64,000 nt of DNA from the human T2T-CHM13v2.0 reference genome, Homo sapiens. The DNA is taken from the NCBI RefSeq assembly GCF_009914755.1, contig NC_060927.1, one strand, 5' to 3'. The notes beneath the pieces are model-generated. The model worked only from the letters and a program-made list of their open reading frames with translations. It did no database searches and was not told the DNA's origin. A program made the translations under genes and the position numbers. This document shows, piece by piece, positions 1 through 13,919 of the stretch (position 1 is its first letter; each line of letters begins with the position of its first letter).

Positions 1-1659
1 TTCTCTGCTGCAGTGCTCCAGTGCTGACTATCTGACTTCTCTGCTGTCTGACTGCAGGGCTATCCTTGGCCCATTGATGCTCTGTGTGAATCCAAAGTCT
101 CCTGTTCTTCTGGACAGACACAACCATGCCAGAACATATGGCTCAGTGGGTGGAAAGTGAGCTCTACCTTAGTCCTCCCATGCCTTTTCCTTGGGCAGTG
201 AACAACCTGCATAACTGTAAGCAGCAGCCCTGACTGCCATCTCCCTAATAGGTACTGACAATCCAGAGGCCTACTTGACACTAGCTTTCTCTGCAGGACC
301 TCCTGGAATCCAAGGCTGGCCTCTCCACTGCCTTCTTTACTCCAATTTACTATCTGAGCTGCCCCAGACCATGGGGGTCCTGAGAGCTGGAATCATATTG
401 TAATCCTCACTGTGCTCAACAGATGTTTACATGATGAACATGAGTGACAAAAAGGACAAAAGAAGCCAGCTTTCCACACCCTGGATGGCAGACCCTTGAA
501 TGAGTGAGGCTTTGCTTTATTGAATTCAGCCTGGCCTCTCTACCAAGCATTCCTTCACTCATGTGTTCCATCAAAACTCACTATTTATGGGCTCCCTGTC
601 CAGCACTCTCTGCTCCTTCCTTGATGGACGTTCAATCAGTCAGGGCTGTGAGGGGAGAAGAGAAGCAGAAGAGGATGGAGAAGACACTCTCCTTTGCAGC
701 TTTCCCCTTTCTCCTACTGACCAGAGGCAGCCTTATGGCCTTGACCCCAGCAGACACAGCTCCCAGCCTCTGCCAGGGTTACTCAAGTAAGAATGAATAG
801 CCACTCTGCAGGGAACTGATGAGCGCCCACAGAGAGCCCTGAGAGGTGAGCAGGCATTGCAGCGCTGTGATGTGGGTCAGACACACCTCTCTGCCCACCC
901 TGCTGACGGCCCCTCCTCCCGCCCTCTTCACCTCCTCTTGCCGGCAGGCCCATGGAGGCAGATTGTCTGTCCTGGCCTGAGAATGTACCTGGCAGGGCTG
1001 GCCGCGGAAGACCCAGTCATGCGGGGCTGGAGTCTGCTTTCCTGTGAACGTCACTGTCTGCGTGCAGAATTACACTGCTGAGGAGCAAGCAGAATGGATG
1101 ATGGAGGCTGACAGGCCGCGAGACCCCAGAGCAATTTCACCTGGTTTTGATTCATGGCTTGTCAGAGCGCTAACCAAATATTCCATTTTCATTTTCGCCC
1201 TCCACTCTCTCCCATTGACTGGCATCATAATTGAAAACTCCAGCATGAAGAGCTGGGACCACCTGTCTGCAGGGCCCTCAATTCCGTCTGCTCCGAATGT
1301 CTTGCTCCTCAAAGAGGAGGGCAGAGGGGAAAATCAGCAAACAGATGGTGTGAGGATTAGATTCATGTGGACCAGCCTCGGCTGACTCTCAGCTGTCTCA
1401 TCTTGAGCAACCTTGGCCTCTCCCACCCTCCGCTCTGCCTTTTGAGCTTATTTCTATTTGTTTGCTCAACTATAAAAAAGGATGTAGGGCCAGAAAGATA
1501 AGCTGAGTTTGAAATCACTCTTTTCACTCTCTATTTGAAGGTCTGCTGAGAGTTGAAGCTGGCAAGAGGAGAGTTTTAGAAGATGGAGTCAATCAAACTT
1601 GGGAAATTTTTAAAATTTCTGTTTCTGAAATAAATCTCTCAAAGGCTGGCACCAATCAT

Positions 1660-1872
1660 AATAACACCTAACACTTATTGAGCACCTACAACTTGCCAGG
1701 TGCTGCTCTAAGGATTTTAAATAAATTAGCTCATTGTATCTTGGCAAGAAAACTATATGCAAGGTTCTATTTTTATCCCCATTGCACAGATGGGGACACT
1801 GAGATCAAGAGATGCTGAAGAACTTGCTCAAAGTCAAACAGTGAAGAACTATTCAGGAGGGATTTCAAGTCT
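1660..1872 (-). mobile_element. MIR SINE fragment
   Basis: Reverse complement of MIR core: acttattgagcaccta...ccccattgcacagatggggacactgaga...aacttgctcaaagtca. Confidence 0.8.
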
Positions 1873-2965
1873 TAACGCCTATGCCATGCTTCCCAGCACT
1901 CAAAGGAGCAAGATCTAAAATAGACGGGCATATGACCTACAAATGATAGATAAATATTTATTTTAAATGGAAGTGAATACAGGAGTCTTAGTACAGAAAA
2001 TGGCGCACGAATTTCAGCAGTCCCTGACTGTTGGAGGAAAAATGGTTCAGCTGCCCCAGTTCTGGGGTCCAGTTGGAAAGGGTAGGGAAGGAACAGAAAG
2101 AATTAAAAGGATCTGAGCCAGCATAGGTAGAAATGTGATGTATTTGTAGAAGCAGGAGCTGTCAATACCTCTGAGCTCCACTGGACATTGTGCTGTGACC
2201 TCAGCAGGTCAGCTGCCTGACAAGGGAATTAAGCTGAGGCTGGGAAGGCCTGGGATGGATAACTGAGCAGACTGGGTGCCTGTGGACCCACACCTGGTCA
2301 AGTCAGAATGCCATTCAATGGGGTGCTGTGGCTGGGGTGGGAGTGGATGACTGCCAGGAAGAATGAAAATTAGAGGCAGGGACTCAGCCATAGGGACCCA
2401 TCCACATGGCTGGGACTAGGAGGGTACAAGATACCATACCTGGTGCAACAAAAGTTACTGAAGACCGTGCCGGTGATTGAGTTCCTCAAGTGCCTCAGGA
2501 TGGGACCTCAAATCTATACTTTTATCAGGTACCCCAAATAATTCTGGTCATCAGCCAGGCATGGAAACTATATAGCAGTAGAAAAATGAAGGTCTGAAAG
2601 TGTCACATTTTCCCGTTTGCCCGTCCCCAGCTTGCCTGCCTGGGCCATGCTTCCTCCATTAGCCTATACAGGCTGCCTCCCACTCCCTGGGTTCAGGGCT
2701 GTTAGTAATTGTTTAGCCCTGAACCCTGAATCCAGCAAGTTTTAAATTTAAAACTTCACTAGCTTTCTGCCACAGTTCTACAACCTGACATCCAGTCTTC
2801 CCCAGCTCTTAGAGCCTCATGACACATGACTGAGCCCCACCTATTCCTGCTGCCTGCCCCTACCACCGCCTAGATGCTGCAAGCTGATACAGATGCGATG
2901 TCCTGCTGGCTCAAAGACAGAAAAGGAGGATTTCCTTCGCCTGTCATGTTGGCCTTGCCCCAGGT

Positions 2966-3379
2966 TGTACTAGTTCCCTATTGCAGTTCTAACAAATTCC
3001 CACAAACATCATGGCTTTGGAGGTCAGAAGTCTGAACCGGGTGGCACTGGATGAAAATCATGGTGTCGGCAGGGAGTTTTCCTTCAGCCTTTTCCAGCTT
3101 CTCAAGGCACCCGCATTCCTTGACTTGTGGCCCCGCATTGCTCTGGCCTCCACTTATGTTGTCATATCAGCTCTCACTCTGGCCCTCCTTCCTCCCTCTT
3201 ATCATGACCCTTGAGATTACATTCAGCCTACCCAGATAATCCAGGATAATCTCCCCATCTCAAGATCCCTAATTTAATCACAGCTGCAAAGTCCCTGTTG
3301 CCATGTAAGATAACATATGCGCAGATTCTGGAGATTAAGATGTGGATGTCTTTGGGGGAATATTATGTTGCCTACCACA
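2966..3379 (-). mobile_element. MaLR solo LTR (MLT1D-like)
   Basis: Minus strand starts tgtggtaggcaacataat...cccaaagacatccacatc; contains atctccccatctcaagatcc and gcaaagtccctgttgccatgtaag typical of MLT1D; TG...CA ends. Confidence 0.8.
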
Positions 3380-5409
3380 AAGTTAATAATGCACATGCTC
3401 ACTTTTGCTCCTGTGCTGGCAAGGGATGTAAAAGCAGGGAATGTGAGGACTGGGCACACAAACTCAGGCATTTGGAAGGTGGAGGAAAGGCCACCTTGCC
3501 CAACAGTGAAGATGACCAGGCTGCTCCTGGACTGAGTGAGGTGAGTGGAGACAACAGCAGAGGACCCTAGTGTGTTTGGGGGTGGGTGTCACTGTGTGTG
3601 CACGTGTGTATACATGTGTTGGGGAAGGGATTATGTGAGGTACTGAAAGCAATGCTGAAAACACCCCCTCACCCCCCAAGAGAGAACAAGAAGATGGTAC
3701 CTGGCACCCTTCTTGTTTAAAATGGCATAATAAAAACATGCATCTCAGACTCCCAGACTTCATTGCTGAATTAATTTCTCCATGGAAGCCCAAGAATTCA
3801 GGAAATTCAGCCTTCCTCATTTCAGAAACAGAGGTCTGAAGAAAACAAATTGCTGTTTGTAGTCGCAGGCTTGACTGCTGTTAACTGCCTCTGAGAGGCT
3901 GGGCAGCGGTCGGCTGTCAGTCCCCCAGCAGCCTGACACAGGGCCTCTGAATATGGATTCACTGATGAGAATCGAAACGCTTGGAGCCTTTTGTAACAAG
4001 CTCTTCTGCTCCCTGTGTGAAAACACTCTTCCTTAACTCCTCCTCTTGAGCACACCGGGGTGGGAAAGCCCCTGCAGAGGCACTCTGGGCCTGGCTGCAT
4101 CTGGCCGGCCCCCATAAATCACGGCTGCACAATAAAGATGCTCCATGGAGGCCATTAGAGGCCTGGGGAGCAACGGCGCAGGAATGGATGCCCGGCAAAC
4201 AGGAGGGGAGCAGGAAGCCTCCCAGAGAAGGGAGCTGCCCTGTCAGCTCAGGAGGATCCCTGGGAAGGGGGACAGGGCCACCATGTGGCACAACTCCAAG
4301 AGGCACCACTGACATTGACAGGGCCCTGGAGGAGGAACGGGAGTGGTTTCTGCAAAGCCGACACAACACAGCTCTTCTTCCAGAGGTGTCCAGCCAGGCT
4401 CCAGAGCAGTCCGTGTGCCCAGACCACTCACTCTGGGAGGGGCGTCGCAGGCGTCTCTGGGTCCAGGAGGCTCTTGGTTAACCCCTGCACTTCTAGAGTA
4501 AGGATGAAGCCCCCTCCCAGGAATTTCAATAGTTCTTCAGATAAAACATCTGAATAATCCAGCTGAGGGCTCAAACTCATTTGCGAGCTTGCAAGATGGA
4601 GGGGTACATTTTTCATTCTCTTTTAAATGAAGTCAAATTTATATTTTATTTCTGAGGAGTTTTGTTTATTTTCCTAGCTATGACTTTAGATTTTTTTCCT
4701 CCATGTACCTCCTATTTTGCTATCAATTTTATTTCTTAAATATTCCTCCCCTGTCCTCTTCTTTTCCCTCCCTCATATTCCATAATTTCTTTTCAACTCT
4801 GGAAAATATCTCCTCTCCTGAGAGATTTCCTTTTCCTATTTCCAAACCATCCCCTAAATACATGTTTTAATAAGCTCCCAACACTGATCTCCTTACAAAT
4901 CATTCTTTGCCAGTTTGCAATTGAACCAATGTCTTGGTTAAAATGAAAATTCCCCAGGGCACACAATAAATAATAAAAAAGAATAACATAATCGAGAGGG
5001 TTATTATTCTGAGCAGAAAAAAATAATGTGAAGCAGTTGGACTGTACTTTGTGAATCTTATGCTCAAAATGCAAACATGAGAGAAGGTGGTGGGCAGGAG
5101 CCTCGCTCTGCAAGCCCTCGCCCTTCTGGGAACTCTACGCAGCAGCATATGTTGAGGGGACTGATCTTGGGAAATGAAACATCTTTTCTCACAAAGACCT
5201 GCCTTTTGCAAGATGTTGGGAGTCACTCTTGGAGAAGGAAGCCACCAATATAAAATAAGACTCATGCAACGTTAACAAATATTTAGCACCAGGCACTGCA
5301 CCACACACTGGGACTACAAGGAGGACAGACACAGCATTGTGGCACTTGCCGGTCTCATGGGTGAGAATTAAGGGGAAGCAGACTTTCATGGTGACACAGG
5401 CATGATTTA

Positions 5410-5610
5410 GAGTTAGAGACACAGGATTTCAGCCCTGGCTCTGTCTATGAGACTTTGAACAAATTGCCTATCCTTTCCATGTCTCAGTTTCCTCATCTGT
5501 AAAATGGGCATAGTAAGACGATCTACTATTGTTGTGAGGATGAAATGAAATCATTCCTATGAACACCTGAGTGTAGTCCATGTCACAGAGTGGGGACTCA
5601 CCAAATGATA
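5410..5610 (+). mobile_element. MIR SINE
   Basis: Core gtctcagtttcctcatctgtaaaatggg...gttgtgaggatgaaatga. Confidence 0.85.
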
Positions 5611-6043
5611 AACCCAATGTAAGTATCAATAGTCTAAATAACTAAAAACTGAAGCCCTCTGGACCCCGAGGACAAGACTCAGGTACTTCAGGCAGGGTTA
5701 AAGTGACGGAACACAGGACAATACATAGGGTCCCAGATGCCTGGCTAGAGCAGGACCAAAGAACCCCCAACATGAAGTCTAACCCAGGGCTCCATCCCTC
5801 TAGGCTAAAAGGCTTTTCTGCAGCATTGCAGAAAAAAGCCTCCCTTCTCCGCCTGCTCCCTCCCTCTCTTTCTCTCTCCTCTCTTTCTTCCAATGCTTTT
5901 GGATACCTTTAATGGACTTGCTTGTCCTCCATTTCCTCACAGGTTCTGCCATTCCAAATTGTCTTACTCCCATCTCTGTCATTCTTCATTGCCTACCTGG
6001 TCCCCAAGACATTTGAATTTGCAACCTTGGACAAGATTTCCTC

Positions 6044-6215
6044 CAGGGCCTTGCTACTCAACATGCGGTCCATGGACCAGCAGCACTCCAGACATCCGCC
6101 AGCATACACCAGAGTTTGTTAAAAATGCAGAATACCTGGTCTCACTCCAGATGTGTTGAAGTGGAAGCTGCATTTTAATAGATTTATGTGCACATTAAAG
6201 TTTGAGACATTTGGG
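6044..6215. mobile_element. MER5-type hAT-Charlie MITE
   Basis: tgctactcaacatgcggtccatggaccagcagca...gttaaaaatgcagaat...gcacattaaagtttgaga. Confidence 0.7.
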
Positions 6216-7784
6216 CCAGTCCAGGAGAGCTTCTATGAGATCCTTCACAACCCAAGCCCATGTTTCCTCTGCTCCTCAGGGCACATCATGCATCTGCCCC
6301 ATCCATGCCCCCTCCGAAATGGGATTATTCTGGGTACAGAGCATTGATGAGTTTCCACTGAAGTGTTAGAACACTTTCAGGAATTCTCCCTTATATGGAT
6401 GTTCTTGCCTTAGCATGGTCTTCAGGAAGATCGCTTTTCAGATTTGGTGCCTCAAAGACGAGCAGTTAAGCTTCTACTGAAATCACAGGCTTGGTGCTCT
6501 CATGGAAAACTGGTGATGCTGGAGAGAAATGCAGACGTGGCAAATTTTAATGCTGCCGAAACATAATCAGCTTTTGCTTCTGCAGCAATTAGCATAATAT
6601 TACCAATAATGTTTTACATGGCAATTTTGCTGTAAACATTTGTGCTAATTTGCCATGACCTAATTATTTTATGACATATAATTAGGAAGTATTTTTCAAG
6701 TCGAAATATTTTTGTTTTATGTTTCTATAATCCTTTTCCAGAAATAAAATTTAAAAATCAGCACTCCCACAAGTGGAAACACACAATTCTCTCTTAGCCG
6801 TTGTTTGTGACACTTTATTTCACTAAATAGGAGGAATTCCCTAGTGCTGGCACACTGATGATCATGCATTTCCTTGTGACTAATTTGAATTGGGAGTCAT
6901 TGAATCCGCCCGCTCCATTATTACACCAGGAGATTGTCGAATCTATGCTGCCAGCCTCCTCCCAACACCCACTCATTCCCAAACATACAAACACTCTCAA
7001 TCTGACAGGGGAGGTGGCTAATGCTTGCAATGAGAGAAAGAGGGTTGGGTATCATTTTTAATGAATGTGAAATCTTTGGCTAAGAGAAGAACATGAACAT
7101 TGTATTATCCTCCCTTAGACAGATTGTTCCCAGTGTGCTCTTAACAGCCTCCTCCCATCCACAAGATGCTGAAGTGAACAGCCTCAACCATATCTTCCAT
7201 CCCTACTCTCTCCCTAGTTAGAGGTCTGTAAGCTTTGTTGTGTGTATTCTCCTGGGGTGTCATAGGTGAGGAGGAGGGTGATGCCTTTCTTCTGCCCGGG
7301 TCCCCATGAAGACAGTCCTGTCATCAATCTGGCGTGGCGGTTCCTGCTGTTACCCACTCCAGGGCAGGTCTGCTTAGCAGTGGGTAATGAGATCACAGAC
7401 CTTCAATGGTCAGCAACACCATCTGACCCCATGCGCCTGGAATAGACTCAGGAAGACAGCCAGTCTGTGGAAGGTTGACTATGCCAACTAGGGTCACCTT
7501 TTGAGGCAGGTTGAGGCAAGCCAGAGAATACCCTGAAACTCACACCCCAATTTCACATGGAGGAGGCAAGGTCTCAAAAATCTGGGCCACAGAAGTGAGG
7601 GCTAGAGGCCAGGGACTAGGGAGGGTGAGGGCAGCCAATGCCGTGAAAGCAGAAAACAGGAGGATGAGGTACATGAAAGCAGGAGGTGACCATGGCAGGC
7701 ACTTCCAGAAAGAGGCACAGATATGTGTCCCCAGAGGAACTCCTCTAGGACAAACTTCACAACATGGGTTCATCCTATGCCCAA

Positions 7785-8020
7785 GTAGAGTGGAGAAGAG
7801 CCTAGACCTTGAAGCTGGAACGCCTCATTCCAAATCCTGGCTCCTCTACTTACTCAATGTGCAAACTGGGGCAAGTTCTAAACATCTATGTGCCTCCTTT
7901 ATTGACTCTTCTGTAAAATGGGGATAACAGTAATATTAACTATCCTCCAGGGCCACTTTGAGGATTAAATTAATATTTATAAAGCCCTTAGAACAGACGT
8001 TATGTAAGTTTTTACGAAGT
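7785..8020 (+). mobile_element. MIR SINE
   Basis: aaatcctggctcctctacttact...gggcaagtt...ctgtaaaatggggataac...gaggattaaat. Confidence 0.8.
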
Positions 8021-8849
8021 AAAATAAAATTTATTATTCTTATAGATTCCCACCAAGACAGGAACAGAACCTGCAAGGAACAGGCACCCACCAAACTCAC
8101 AAAAGTGAGCAGCAACATATGTCAGGTTCTTTAATGATTACTGAGCTAATAATGTTTAAAATTTGTTGCAATAACTAGTTTTTTATTGAACGGATGGAAC
8201 ATTTACAGAGCATGTACTCTGAGTTAGGCCCTGGTCATGTCCTTGGGGAATACAAAGGTGAATAAACAGGAACTCACAGTGTAGCAGAAGTAGGCACACA
8301 AACCAATAGCTGCACATAAAAAGACAAAACTAATGTGCACAGAGAGATCACAAAAGAGGAACAAGATTAGCTCAAAAATCTACAACAGGTTCCAAGTTAC
8401 TAGTTAACATTTTAAACTATAGATTTTAGCATACATGAAAGTTTGTATCAACTTTATTAAGGAAAAATGTATGATCCATAAAAATTCACAGATGTTAACT
8501 GCACAATACAATCACATTTTAACAAATGTATATGGTCACTTAAGCACCATCACAATGACAACGTAGAACATTTGCATCACCTCACTTAAATCACTTTTAA
8601 TAATGCTTTGTTGATACTGTGTTAAGTGAAAGAAGCAAAGTACAAAACCGCATGTAAGTTATAGTTATAAATGTGTGTGAGTATGTGTGTGTGTGTGTAA
8701 ATGGGCATGGGGGAAAACAGAAGGAAATAAAACAAATTGAATATAACAATTACAGCTGATTTATTATTTCTCTCTCTAGTTGCTAAGTCTCCAGTAACTT
8801 CCAGCTATCTGATGTTGTAGAGGTAAGAAACCATGTGACACACACACAA

Positions 8850-9615
8850 AAAATGTCACCTGAGCAAGGTCCAGAAGGATGTAGAGTTTTCTAGGTATGT
8901 GGCAAGAGGAGTGGGAGAAGGAAATGCCAGTTCGAATGAACAGTATGGACGAGCACAGTGGTGTGAAAGGGGACAGTGTTTTCAGGAAACCTGGTGATTC
9001 TGTGCAGCCAGAGCAATGTAAGAGGGAAAGAGGGAGTCTGGGGTCAGGTAATAAAGGATCCAGATTATGAAGTTCCCTACATGTGACTACAAGGACTTTG
9101 AGTTTTATCTTATCAGGTATTGAAGGACCATCAAAGTGCTTTTAACTGAGCAGTGAGCCCACCAGAATTACATCTTAGAATAATCACTTGGTGAGCAGTG
9201 AGGAGGAGAAGCTAGAAAGGTTGAGCTCTGAGGCACAGTGACCAGTTACAGGTTCTTGCAGAAATGTAGGTGCAAAATGAAAGGTGCGTGAATTCAGGAA
9301 GTGACCCTGGAGATGAAGACAGGTAGACAGACTCTACAGACCTTGCAAGTAGACTGGATATGGGGATAAAAGACCAAGTGGATATTTGTGCTATGCACTA
9401 AAATAAGACTGGGAGTAAGACAGGGGCAGGTTTAGGAGTCAGATATTCGAGAGTATTCAATATTACCTTGAGGTGCCTATTAGACACTCAAAGGCAGATG
9501 TCAAGGAGAGAACTGAGTTTTTGAATCTGGAGCTCAGGAGAGAAGTTTACGCTTAATACATACATGTGGGAGTCCTTTGCATAAAACTTTTATGTATATT
9601 CCCGAGACTGGATGG
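8850..9615 (-). mobile_element. L2 LINE fragment
   Basis: Purine-rich plus strand with L2 hallmarks (aaggactttgagttttatct, ttgaggtgcctattagaca, tctggagctcaggagagaagt). Confidence 0.7.
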
Positions 9616-9618
9616 GCT

Positions 9619-9780
9619 CTGTTTTGCTTACCTAATACTGTGTAACAAACAACCCACAACTGAGTAGTGTAAAACAAAAGCTATTTTATATGGTTACATA
9701 TTCTCAAAAATTATGTGGGACAGGAATTGAGGCATGACACAGCAGGAATGCTTACCTCTATTCTACAATGTCTGGTTCCC
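9619..9780 (-). mobile_element. MaLR LTR fragment (MLT1H/J-like)
   Basis: ctgtgtaacaaacaacccacaactgagtagtgtaaaacaa...tgtgggacaggaatt. Confidence 0.55.
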
Positions 9781-11409
9781 TAAATGCAAGGGATGTCTGA
9801 AAAGAGGTGAGTATATGGGAGACTATAACTGCACAGAGAGAGTTTCAGCAGGCACAGAGTAGGAGAGATGTGGAGTCTGATTAGTAGATGTACAAAATAG
9901 TTCAGGGATGAGACTATAGGAGATTATGGATGCCCAGGGATGATTTGATTTTTGCCAGTTAAACAGGGATGTATGGAATAGCGGAAATGATGGGACTGGT
10001 CCTAATAGTTCTTGGAGGAGGGTGGATAACAACAGTTATTGCTGTGGTCCTAAATGCATTCCTCAATGGTATAGAAACATATAGGATGGCAGGTCTCCAA
10101 GGCCTGGCCTGAATCACTGTGTATCTGGGAGGAAGAACTCTGTACGATTCCTTGAAGCTAATAATGCTCACAGGGAGAAATTAAATTAAATGGGATTCCT
10201 CAGCTATGCATAGGGTATAGGATAGGAATAGGCATAGAATGGAGAAGGAATAGGATGAGAGTGTCTGGTACTTGGGGTTTGGGAGAGAGTGGGGAAAAGT
10301 AGGATGGTTCCATGGAAATGGGAATGGAGGTAGACTCTATGGTAGTGAAGGTGAAGATGTAATACCTTTGTGTATGAATAGGTTCATTAGCAGCTGTGTT
10401 TCCTGTGGATGGGGATTGATTAACTGTCCTCAGAGGACTCAGTATGGAAGCTGAGGGATCGTGATCAAGTGCTATTTTGTGTACTGATGCTAGTTTATGT
10501 CAAAGTTTAGGGCCCACCAAAGAGAAGATACCCTGATAAGCAATGCATGTCTTCACTGAAGACCTCTAAAATGTTCTGCCTTAGGTTTAAAGGCAATTGA
10601 GAATAAATGAGCCCTCTAAAACAGGAAACCAAACTTTGAAACATTTTTAGCCACTATTAGGTAAAGGTGACCTTCCCCTAACTTAATTATTTCACAGAAG
10701 AGAAATTTTAATCCTCTGTGGAGGAAGATAATGTCGAACAGAACTTCTGTAATTTCTCATATACATTTTCCAGCATTCCATAAAATATAACCAGGCATGA
10801 CAGGAGTCAGGATGAAATTTTCAAAACCCAAGAGGAAAAAAAGACAAAGAAACAAGCCTACAGGTTAACACTTAGAAACTATTAGATTCAGATTTTTAAA
10901 TAATTAAATTAATAATTAGTAATTAAATTTAATATTTAAAATAATATTAAGATGTACAAGAAAATAGATATCAAATGGAGAATTATCAGAATCGATAAAA
11001 TGAATCAAATGTAAAATTTTTTTTTTTTTTTTTTGAAACTGACAAAGACAATGACTGAAATTAAGAATTAAATGTATGAGTTTAAACAGTAGATTAGACA
11101 CAGCAGAAGTATAGATTAATAAACTGGAAATATCAATACAATAAAAATAAACAACCTGAAACATAAAGCAACATGAATGGTAAACACAGAAAAAAGTAAT
11201 GAGGTATATGGAACAATTTAGAAAAATTTAATATATATGTATTTGAGATCCCAAAAGAAAAAGAAGAGAGAGTGAGGCAGAAGCAATATTTGAAGAGAAA
11301 ATGACCAAAACTGACAAAAGATACTGATACATAGATTCAAGGATCTTCGTAAGCCCCAAATAGATGAAATATAAGTAAAAGCATGCATGCAGAAAATAGG
11401 AAAACTACT

Positions 11410-11818
11410 TGCTATGGTTTGAATTTTTGTGTCTGTCTAAAATTCATGTGGAAAGTTAATCCTCAATGTGATAGTATTAAGAGGTGGGGCCTTTGGGAAG
11501 TGATCAAGTAGGAAGGGATTTGCCCTCATGAATGAGATTAATGCCCTTATAAAAAAGACTGCAGAGCTATCTGGCTCTTTTATCTCTTCTGTCATGCAAG
11601 GATACAGCCAGGATTCATCCCTTTTTGCCCCCTTATGTCATGTGTGGATGCAGCAAGAGGATATCATCTTGGAAGCAGAGAGCAGGCTTTACCAGCACCA
11701 AATGTACTGGCACCTTGATCTTGGACTTCCCAAACTCCAGAACTAAGAGAAAATTAATTTTTATTTTGAGTTACCTTGTCTCAGGCATGTAATTATAGCA
11801 GGACAAATGGACTAAGAC
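11410..11818 (+). mobile_element. MST-family MaLR solo LTR
   Basis: Starts tgctatggtttgaat; contains gaggtggggcctttgggaagtgat and gccctcatgaatgagattaatgcc; ends aaatggactaagac. Confidence 0.85.
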
Positions 11819-12832
11819 CCTTCAATAAACCCAGGCAAAAAAAAAAAAAAAAAATCTAGAAATGCAACCAGAAGAAAAAAAAAAAAGACCTAATATGACT
11901 TACATGTTACTTTTAATGGAAATTATGGAAAAGGGAAGACTATAATGACATACTTGAAGTACGAAAGCAAATGAGTCTTAATTTAGAATTCTATACCCAA
12001 AAAATATAACCTTCAAAAATAAAACAAAATAAAGACATTTAAGACAGGCAAAAATTGAGAATATTTGTTATCAGGAGGCCCACACTAAAATAAATAAATA
12101 CTAGAAGAAGTTCTCCAGCAAAAGGAAAATGACCTTATATAGAAACAGGTAAAATGGAAAAGAAAAAAGAAGATTCAAGAGAATAAATACATGGATAAAA
12201 CAAAGTAAATATTGACTTTAAAATAATGTCTTGGATGAGTTTAATATATAAGTAGAACTAAAATGCATTTTTGTGGAAATTGACAGGCTGGATTTAAAAT
12301 TTATATGAAAATACAAAGTGCCTGAAATGGCCAAGACAATAAAGTTAGGGTACTTTTACTACTAGATAGCAAGATTTTTATAAAGCTAACATATTTAAGA
12401 CTGCAAAGAATGGTGCCAGTATACACAAATGAAGCACTGGCATTAAACAGAGAGTCTAGGAACAGATTTGTTCATATTTAGTCACCTGATTTATGACAAA
12501 GATGTGACTATGATTTCTGTAGGGGAATTACTGTCTTCAATTAATATTTCTGGGCCAACTGAATATTTTCATGGGGAATAAAAGAATCTTGACCCCAATC
12601 ACATCACTTAGAAAAATCAATTCCAGATGAATCATGGACCTAAATATGAAAGGTAAAACAATAAATCTTCTAGAGGATATAACACAGGAGAATATATTTA
12701 TAATCCTGAGCTAGGCAAATACGTCTTAAACAAGATAAAAAAAGTGCTAACCATAAAGATAAAGACTGATACATTTGAGAGAAGATATTTCCAATACACA
12801 TATCTGACCAAGAACTCATGTGTATGTGTATG

Positions 12833-13919
12833 TGATGCCAGCATCATCCTGATACCAAAAACTGGCAGAGACACAACAAAAAAAGAAAATTTCAGGCCAA
12901 TATGCCTGGTGAACATTGATGTGAAAATCCTCAATAAAATACTACCAAACTGAATCCAACAGCACTTCAAAAAGCTTATCCACCACGATCAAGTCGGCTT
13001 CATCCCTGGGATGCAAGACTGGTTCAACATACACAAATCAATAAATGTAATCCATCGCATAAAAAGAACCAACGACAAAAACCACATGATTATCTCAATA
13101 GATGCAGAAAAGGCCTTTGATAAAATTCAACACCCCTTCATGCTAAAAACTCTCAATAAACTAGATATTGATGGAATGCATCTCAAAATAATAAGAGCTA
13201 TTTATGACAATCCCACAGCCAATATCATACTGAATGGGCAAAAGCTGGAAGCATTCCCTTTGAAAACCGGCACAAGACAAGCATGCCCTCTCTTACCACT
13301 CCTGTTCAACATAGTATTGGAAGTTCTGGCCAGGGCAATCAGGCAAGAGAAAGAAATAAAGGTATTCAAATAGGAAGAGAGGAAGTCAAATTGTCTCTGT
13401 TTGCAGATGACATGATTGTACATTTAGAAAACCCCATCGTCTCAGCCCAAAATCTCCCTAAGCTAATAAGCAACTTTAGCAAAGTCTCAGGATACAAAAT
13501 CAATGTGCAAAAATTACAAGCATCCCTATACACCAATAATAGACAAACAGAGAGCCAAATCATGAGCGAACTCCCATTCACAATTGCTACAAAGAGAATA
13601 AAATACCTAGGAATACAACTTACAAGGAGTGTGAAGTACCTCTTCAAGGAGAACTACAAACCACTGCTCAAGGAAATAAGAGAGGACACAAACAAACGGA
13701 AAAACATTCCATGCTTATGGATAGGAAGAATCAATATTGTGAAAATGGCCATACTGCCCAAAGTAATTTATAGATTCAATGCTATCCCCAACAAGCTACC
13801 ACTGACTTTCTTCACAGAACTAGAAAAAACTACTTTAAATTTCATGTGGAACCAAAAACAAGCCCTTATAGCCAAGACAATCCTAAGCAAAAAGAACAAA
13901 GCTGGAGGCATCATGTTAC
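12833..13919 (+). mobile_element. Internal L1PA (about PA7-PA8) ORF2 reverse-transcriptase fragment, broken by a stop and a frameshift
   Basis: ORF track gives L1 ORF2p peptides ([38 protein letters not shown]); TGA at 12951 in place of a CGA codon; 1-nt frameshift near 13360; no 3'UTR or poly(A). Confidence 0.95.

Noticed and set aside
4188-4481. 97-aa ORF in GC-rich unique DNA as a coding exon
   Set aside because: No recognisable domain, no convincing acceptor/donor pair; overlapping ORFs in several frames reflect GC content
9959-10171. IISAIPYI resembling cytochrome b (NUMT)
   Set aside because: Flanking residues show no cytochrome b similarity in the frames examined
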